From an uncultured delta proteobacterium (lineage in GTDB: Bacteria; Myxococcota_A; Polyangia; Polyangiales; Polyangiaceae): DNA of 64,000 nt. The stretch spans positions 352,001 through 416,000 of the forward strand of contig CAWKKR010000008.1 in assembly GCA_963850305.1 (NCBI GenBank). The letters run 5' to 3'. The position numbers and the translations under genes are program-made. Shown here one piece after another: positions 58,148-64,000 of the stretch (position 1 is its first letter; each line of letters opens with the position of its first letter). The notes beneath the pieces are model-generated. The model saw only the letters and a program-made list of their open reading frames with translations. It was not told where the DNA came from and did no database searches.

Positions 58148-58285
58148 CAGTCGCGACGTCACGGACGCGTGCGGCGATGGCGGCCCGACGCCTGGAGGGA
58201 TGTCTCGCTGGGGCGCCCGGTCGAAGCGGCTGCGGCGCGCGAACCGCTCGACTCACGGCGAAACCGAGGCTAAGTCCGTGCAGCG

Positions 58286-60330
58286 ATGAGCGAACCGGTC
58301 GCGTTGAACGAATTCGGTCCGAGCAGCTTCGAGGCCTGGCTGAAACTGGTCGAGCGTGATCTCGCGGGGGCCCCCTTCGAGAAGAAGCTGATCAAGCGCA
58401 TCTCGGGGATGGACGTCCGGCCCCTCTACACGCGCAAGGACCGCGCTCCCGAGCAGGGCCTCCCTGGATTTCACCCGTTCCGCCGTGGCGGGTACCCGAC
58501 GGGTTCCGTCGAGATGGGGTGGGAGGTCCGGCACGAGATCGACCGGACGGATCCCGTTCACGCGGCCGCTGCCGTCCTCGACGCGCTGAATGGCGGCGTT
58601 CGCGCGCTGTCGTTCCGGTTCGATCGCGCACTCCGTTCCGGCAAGGACGGACTACACGGTGAGGACGGCGTCGCGGCGTACGATCTCGCCGAGCTCGAGC
58701 GCGCGCTCGGCGAGACGCGCCTCGATTGGCTGCCGATTCATCTGCGGGCCGGGGCTTCGGCCTTCACCGTCGCGGCGGCGCTCGTGGCACTCGCGAGGAA
58801 GCGCGGACTGCCCCTGACGGCGCTGAGTGGCTCCTTCGGCACGGACCCGATCGGAACGCTCGCTGGCCACGGGGCGCTGCCCGGTTCACTCGAGGGTGCG
58901 CTCGGAGAACTCGCGGAGCTCGCGCGCTTCACGAGCGAGCATGCGCCGCGTGTCCGGGCCGTCTCGGTCGACACGACGGCGTATCACGAGGCCGGCGCCG
59001 ATGCGGCCACCGAAGTGGCCGTCGCGCTCGCAACCGGCGTCGCTTATCTCCGTGCCCTCACCGGAGCAGGACTCTCGGTGGAGATTGCCGCGGGCCAGCT
59101 GAACTTCGAGTTTGCCGTCGGGCGGGACATGTTCCTGGAGATCGCGAAGCTCCGTGCGGCGCGGCTCACCTGGGCCAAAGTGCTCGCTGCGTGCGGCGCG
59201 GCGGAGTCGAGCCGGGTCATGGCCATCCATGCGCGCACGTCGCTCCGGACCAAGACGACGCGCGATCCGTGGGTGAATCTCCTCCGCGGCACGGGCGAGA
59301 CGTTCGCGGCGGCCATCGGCGGCGCGGACGCGATCACGAACATGCCCTTCGACGTCCTGCTCGGCGAGGGCGATGATTTCGGCGCCCGCCTGGCGCGCAA
59401 CACGCAGGAGCTCCTCCGGCACGAGTCGCACCTGCACAGGGTCGTCGATCCCGCCGGGGGCAGCTGGTACGTCGAGGAGCTCACCGACCAGCTCGCCCGG
59501 CTCGGCTGGGAGAAGTTCGCCGCGTTCGAGGCCGCGGGCGGGCTCGCTGCCGTCCTCCATGCAGGGACCCTGCAAAAGGAGCTCGCGCAAGCAATCGACG
59601 GCGAGCACAGGGCGGTCGAAACGCGAAGGCTGGCGATCATCGGCGTGAACGAGTTCCCGCACGTGAAGGAGGACCGTGTCGCTCGCAGCGTGCGGGACAC
59701 CGCGCGCGCCGCCGAGCGATCCGTCGCGGCGGGCAAGCGTTCCCCATCGCTCGCCCACTTCGGAGCGGGCGGCGCGTTCGAGCAGGCGATCTCGGCCGTG
59801 CAAGCCGGCGCAAGCTTCGCCCACGTGACGGACGCGGCGCGGCGCGGCGAGGGCGCGCGCGTGGAAGCTCTTCGGACCGAGCGGTTCGCCGAGCCGTTCG
59901 AGGCGCTGCGCGATCTCGCCGACCGCTTCACGGCCGCGCGCGGCAAGCGGCCGGCGGCGTTCCTCGCGAACCTCGGCCCCATCCCCGAGCACAAGGCCCG
60001 CGCCGGGTTCGCGCAGAACTACGTCGAAGCGGGTGGCTTCGTCGCGATCGGCAACGACGGTTTCACCGACGCGGAGTCGGCAGCAACCGCGTTCGCGGCG
60101 AGCGGCGCCGACATCGCCGTGCTCTGCTCGAGCGACGCGCTATACGCCGAGCTGGCCGAACCCACGGCGCGGGCGCTGGCCGCTCGCGGGGCCCGTGTGA
60201 TCGCGCTCGCCGGCAGCCCCGGCGAGAGAGAGAACGCATATCGCGCCGCCGGAATCACGGACTTCGTCTTCGTGGGCGCGAACGTCGCCCAGTCGCTGCG
60301 CTCGCTCCTGACGCGCGTGGGAGCCGGCTG

Positions 60331-60331
<1 letters not shown>
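58286..60331 (+). CDS. mutA: Methylmalonyl-CoA mutase small (beta) subunit
   Basis: [48 protein letters not shown]; lacks the DxHxxG motif. Confidence 0.9.
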
Positions 60332-62515
<2,184 letters not shown>

Positions 62516-62532
<17 letters not shown>

Positions 62533-63544
62533 CGCCGAGCGCGGCCTGCCACGACGGAAGGAGCTGTCGCGCGAAGAGTACGTGAATGGCGTGCGGGCCG
62601 GTGACCGCGCCGTGCTCGGGCGCGCGATCTCGCTCATCGAGAGCAACGCGGCGGCCCATCAGGGGCTCGCGCAGGAGGTGCTCACCGAGCTCCTTCCCCA
62701 TGCCGGCAATGCGCACCGGGTCGGCATCAGCGGTGTCCCGGGCGTCGGCAAGAGCACGTTCATCGAAGCCCTCGGCACGAAACTCACGAGTGCGGGCCAC
62801 AGGGTCGCGGTGCTCGCCGTCGATCCCACGAGCGAGCGCACCAGGGGCAGCATTCTCGGCGACAAGACGCGCATGGTGAACCTCTCCCAGAACCCGGCCG
62901 CGTTCATCCGCCCCTCGCCGAGCGGGGGCTCGCTCGGCGGCGTCGGACGCAAGACGCGCGAGACGATACTGCTCTGCGAGGCCGCGGGCTTCGACGTGGT
63001 GCTCGTGGAGACCGTGGGAGTCGGTCAGAGCGAGACGATGGTCGCCGACATGGTGGACTTCTTTCTCGTGCTGATGCTCGCGGGGGCCGGGGACGAGCTC
63101 CAGGGGATCAAGCGCGGCATCCTGGAACTCGCCGATCTCGTCGCGGTGAACAAGGCCGACTCCGGCAACGAGAAGGCCGCCGAGCGCGCTCGCCAGGAGT
63201 ACGAGGGCGCGCTCTCGCTGATGCACGGCAAAAACGATGAGTGGAAGGTCCCCGTCGTGAAGTGTTCGGCTCTCTCGAATCAGGGAATGGACGAGCTCTG
63301 GGCGCACGTGGAGCGTCACCGCGAAGCGTTCCTCGCCTCGGGCGGCCTCCATACCCGGCGCAAGCGGCAGCTCCTGCAATGGACCTGGCAGATGGTCGAA
63401 GGAGAACTCATCGATCGCCTGCACGCGCACCCCGCCGTGCGAGCCCAGGCGCCGGAGCTCGAGGCGCGCGTGCAAGATGGAAGCCTCACGGCGACCCTCG
63501 CGGCGCGCCAGATCCTCGATACATTCGGGGTCGGACGGAAGTGA
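62516..63544 (+). CDS. meaB: Methylmalonyl-CoA mutase-associated GTPase MeaB
   Basis: [48 protein letters not shown]. Confidence 0.96.
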
Positions 63545-63629
63545 ACGTATTCGCGAAGGTGCGCTCGGCGATGCCGCCGGCTCATCGAGTAGGGTGCCGC
63601 GCGGAGCCGGTCGGCGTACGCTCTTCTCC

Positions 63630-64000
63630 ATGAACAGCGCCCGGGCGTTTCGGCTTCTCCTCCTGGGACCGCTCGTCGCCCTTGGCGGCTGTGGTGGCCG
63701 AACGGACTGGCAAGCAGCCAACGTCATCCCTGGAGGAGTCGGCGGCGATACGGGATCTGGAGGTGGCGAAGGCCTCGGTGGCGCGTCGGGTGGGTACGGC
63801 CTCGGCGGCGCCGGTGCGTCGGGAGGCTACGTCGGCAGCGGCGGCGTCAGCAGCGGCGGCGTCAGCAACGGCGGTAACGTGGGGTTCGGTGGCACCCCTG
63901 CGAGTTGCGGGGGTGGCCTTTGCAACGCGTGTCCGGATTGCTTCAGCAGTTGTTTGTGCGAGGGTGGGGGCTCGGAGTGCGAATCGCTCTGCGGGTATGG
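63630..64000 (+). CDS. Gly-rich, Cys-containing lipoprotein (runs off the window edge)
   Basis: MNSARAFRLLLLGPLVALGGC lipobox, Gly-rich linker, Cys cluster at the edge. Confidence 0.6.
   Translation, partial: MNSARAFRLLLLGPLVALGGCGGRTDWQAANVIPGGVGGDTGSGGGEGLGGASGGYGLGGAGASGGYVGSGGVSSGGVSNGGNVGFGGTPASCGGGLCNACPDCFSSCLCEGGGSECESLCGY

Noticed and set aside
58150..58285. Cobalamin riboswitch upstream of the mutase operon
   Set aside because: The region is short and I see no B12-box or conserved GGGAA/GCCACTG elements.

Overview
High-GC window that looks myxobacterial (Polyangiaceae/Sorangiineae-like), inferred from its PEGA/TPR proteins, FHA protein, many Cys-rich lipoproteins and a giant TPR protein. 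Housekeeping and repair genes include ruvA, a MutT-like NUDIX, comF, a DsbD/CcdA-thioredoxin, tsaA/trmO, an fmt-like gene, ligD-ku-mutS2, glyQ and the methylmalonyl-CoA mutase operon with meaB. The most interesting accessory locus (16.1-20.3 kb) is an apparent operon: response regulator, DyP peroxidase with an unexplained C-terminal tail, polytopic histidine kinase and a ComQ-like DDxxD prenyltransferase. The last three genes have overlapping stop/start codons. It is flanked by a Ser/Thr kinase and a copper monooxygenase and resembles a comQXPA-type prenyl-peptide signalling system; the 1187-aa ORF in the track is an artefactual fusion of three of these genes. Other notable items: a DUF4266-DUF3570-triple cytochrome c operon with no apbE; a family of hairpin-rich REP/MITE-like elements with TACTA termini, one inserted in-frame into a signal peptide and one expanded to a 10 x 71 bp array; a decayed HipA-like kinase/DUF3037 pair; and a collapsed VOC pseudogene. 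Several single-base frameshifts may be assembly errors. Family assignments come from recognised motifs only; no searches were run.
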